Shown: positions 61,701 to 64,000 of the stretch, piece after piece | How positions within the stretch are numbered: the first letter of the stretch is position 1 | Layout: each line of letters starts with the position of its first letter | Assembly: GCA_046563655.1 (NCBI GenBank) | Contig: CM102288.1 | Coordinates: 5,084,001 to 5,148,000, forward strand | Origin: Yuukianura sp. NJ FZ-2021 | Taxonomy: Eukaryota | Reading direction: 5' to 3' | Length of the DNA: 64,000 nt | Made by a program: the position numbers and the translations under genes | Notes under the pieces: model-generated | Told to the model about the DNA's origin: nothing | What the model saw: the letters and a program-made list of their open reading frames with translations, nothing else | Database searches by the model: none

Positions 61701-63214
61701 AGTCCTGTGATTTGGAACGTGAAAGCCCCTGTGTTGAGCACGGTCAGCATCTGATAGCCTAAGGTTTTACCGTCATCTTCTTCCGTATCGACATCAGTAC
61801 CGGTTTGGATCGGTCGAAAATATATGTAGAACCCTTCAATAAAATCACCGGAAGTCACGACCTGAAAAAGCACAAAAACTGATTTTGAGCAAGGTTTGTT
61901 GACTTTGATTTTTTTAACAGGTTGAGTAATACTTCTTGTTTTTTCGATTTTGCAAAAAAAGGGCGTGTCTTTCATTCCACGATATCGTAGTCATAACAAT
62001 ACAGCCGGATTTTTTAAATTTGACATACCACGAATTGGTACCAATTTTTTGGATACCATTTTTTTTCTTGACAACAAGACAGGTAGTAATCAACCTGTTA
62101 AAGAAACTTAACGTTCCGTTTTCAAAAAACCTTGGTTGTGGGCATTTTCTATATTTTTTAAAGTTTTGTAGGTTTTTTTTAAAAGTTGAACTTATACCTG
62201 CCATTCTAATTTTACTGAAGTAGAAGACGTAGCATACGCTGTTTTTAATAGGACGACAACCGGCGACTCGAGTTGTTCCCGCGCTTTGCTTACGTCATCG
62301 CCGGCACTCTGCCGAGTGGAGAACGTAGTTGTTGTGACAGGATCCGAAAGTGGACTGGGAGGTGACAAAATCCCATCAGCACTAACGCTTCTGACGAAAA
62401 ACAAGTATTCTGCATTGGGTTTAAGATACTGAAGAGTGGCTGTCTCTATGGATACTGTTGCTCCTAGCAACCACTCTGATTTGACCTCTTGAGCACTGTA
62501 GTACTCCACATTAAACGTGATTCTTCTAATCGAGTTTCCTCTACTGGAGAAAGTTGCAGTCGGCAGAGAGGGAGTCGACGATAATTGAAAATCTGAGGGT
62601 GTTGACTCGGGAAATTTGAAAAAATTTGTGGGAGATTCATTTGTAGTTTGATTGGAATTGGTTCTGGGCCTGCTTTGAATAATTAGATTGTACCCGCCGT
62701 CGTCTTCATCCTCGTCCTCCATTTCCCGCAACTTTTCGACGCCCGTCTCAAACTGCCCCAGTGCCTCCTCATAGTCATTGTCATCCTCATCTTCTTTTGG
62801 CGGTTCTTTCAGGTTCAAATTTCCTGAATTTGGATTGTCCGAGGAAAATTTGGCGCCAATTTTCAAATCCATGTCGTCCATCGGTTCATCTCCGAGCATC
62901 GGTTCGGTTTTTTCGGAGATTCGCTTTTCCGACTTTTGCTGAGTTTTAATAGTTACCCGGGGTTCAGCTGAATTCGGTTCGACCGAAAAGTACTTTGGGT
63001 GCCAAGCTATAGTGACTGAAGTGGAGTCGACCTTGACAATGTGTGGTTTCATGGGTGAAGGGCGCAGGATATCTCCGTTGGAACTTCCTGGAAAGCCGGG
63101 GTTAAAGTTTGGGGTATTTTGAGACGTAACGGTGAGGAAGCTTCTCCAAACGTATTTGCCCGAGCGTGAAGACGCCACGCACTCGTACATTCCCGCATCC
63201 TCCAAAGTGAGATC
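58789..63214 (-). CDS. robo: Roundabout receptor, Robo2/3-type (3' portion; 5' Ig exons beyond window end)
   Basis: End of an Ig domain (DAGMYECVASS), three FN3 domains (STSVKLEW, FLIPFYKNVDGRPSN, GLILGYQL), TM AWFIALIGSVIFLMLLVFVFALY, CC0-like YAVV and CC1 PIAYATTTLV; no proline-rich CC2/CC3. Confidence 0.9.
60607..61334. mobile_element. TA-flanked MITE (728 bp) carrying nested sequence
   Basis: Perfect 23-bp TIR CAGTGGATTCTCTAAATAAGGGA with TA on both sides; possible inner TA|CCGTAA..TTACGG|TA element at 60674-61268. Confidence 0.88.
60903..61109. repeat. TGCGCA-based minisatellite flanked by (TA)n
   Basis: Tandem variants of TTGCGCAG(G/T)TTGTGCGC(A/T)G, ~19-nt unit. Confidence 0.9.
61356..61581. 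mobile_element. TA-flanked palindromic MITE (226 bp)
   Basis: TA|CAGTGGACTTTCTAATTTATGAATTG ... CAATTCATAAGTTAGAAAGTCTACTG|TA; related partial copy at 13077. Confidence 0.85.
61918..62097. mobile_element. Possible TTAA-flanked MITE in robo intron
   Basis: TTAA|CAGGTTGAGTAATAC ... GTAGTAATCAACCTG|TTAA. Confidence 0.5.
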
Positions 63215-64000
63215 TAGAATCAGAAGATCAAACTTCTAAAAATAGAAAAGGGAAGCTCCCTGTGGAAAAAGTCATAAATTGCCCAGCTCATGCTTCATTT
63301 AATCTTGATTGAGTCTAACAAAAATGGCCAAGAACAAGCTGAACAACCCCCTGTAGGCCCCCCGCCAACTTTCTCAGCGGCAATTCCAACTTTTGAACAA
63401 CTTTGTTAAGAACCAACTTTCTGCCAATTTTCATAATTTTTCAAAAACCTAGCGATTTTCAATGTGCAGATTCTTTTTTGGAACAAACGAATTGACAAAA
63501 ATTTTGAATAAATTGTAAAAACTACAACAGAAATTTTGTTACACCGAAACAAGGAGTTTTTGCTCAACAAAATGAAACCCTTAGCCTTAAACCTTTAGCG
63601 CTAAATTCTTATAGTGTTCTATGCTTTTCCTATTGCTGTGTTCCAGTTAATAAATTTTTGAAGGAATTCGGAGAATGTTTCTGAGTCTTTTACTATACTT
63701 TTTAGTGTTCTAGAAACGCAGAGATGCTGGATGCTGGAGATTGAGGAATGTGTAGGTTTTAATTTTCCCAGAGAGAGAGAGAGTTTTGGAGAAAGTTCTC
63801 TTGTTCATCATGTTCCAGATTCTTCATTTCGCCTCAAAACTTTATTCTGTCGATTCAAGATTTCCCGCCAGGCAAAAGTTGAGAGCTGAGCGAACCGACG
63901 AGGGCTGAATCCGAATTTGGCGGAATGAGGGATGAGGGGAATGTGATCCGCATGCAAAGGAATGCGGCAGATGCTTTCTCCTAACCAACCTTCCCCTTAA

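Overview
Eukaryotic, intron-containing, gene-dense arthropod DNA, not prokaryotic. Short AT-rich introns, divergent GR/IR-type chemoreceptors, TTAGG motifs and an intronless berberine-bridge-type oxidase suggest a basal hexapod such as a springtail (inference only). In order: calsyntenin (-, 3' end outside window), RagC/D (+), synaptobrevin/VAMP (-), a small 6-Cys secreted peptide (-), a secreted thioredoxin-fold protein (-), a SMYD/SmydA SET-MYND gene (-, frameshifted), TTF2/lodestar (+, with a hAT element inside a coding exon), a divergent multi-TM chemoreceptor-like gene (+), a lipocalin-like gene (+), a gustatory receptor (+), METTL2 (+), tousled-like kinase (-, hosting two U21-like C/D snoRNAs), an F-box gene (-), a BBE-like FAD oxidase (-), an acyl-CoA desaturase (-), a divergent ionotropic receptor (-) and the 3' half of a Robo2/3-type gene (-). 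Many MITEs and non-autonomous DNA transposons are also present. The main findings are a pair of duplicated 79-nt, apparently mutually exclusive exons in the synaptobrevin SNARE motif, several transposon insertions whose ends may supply splice signals, and the intronic snoRNA pair. Exon coordinates were read by hand and may be off by a few nt.
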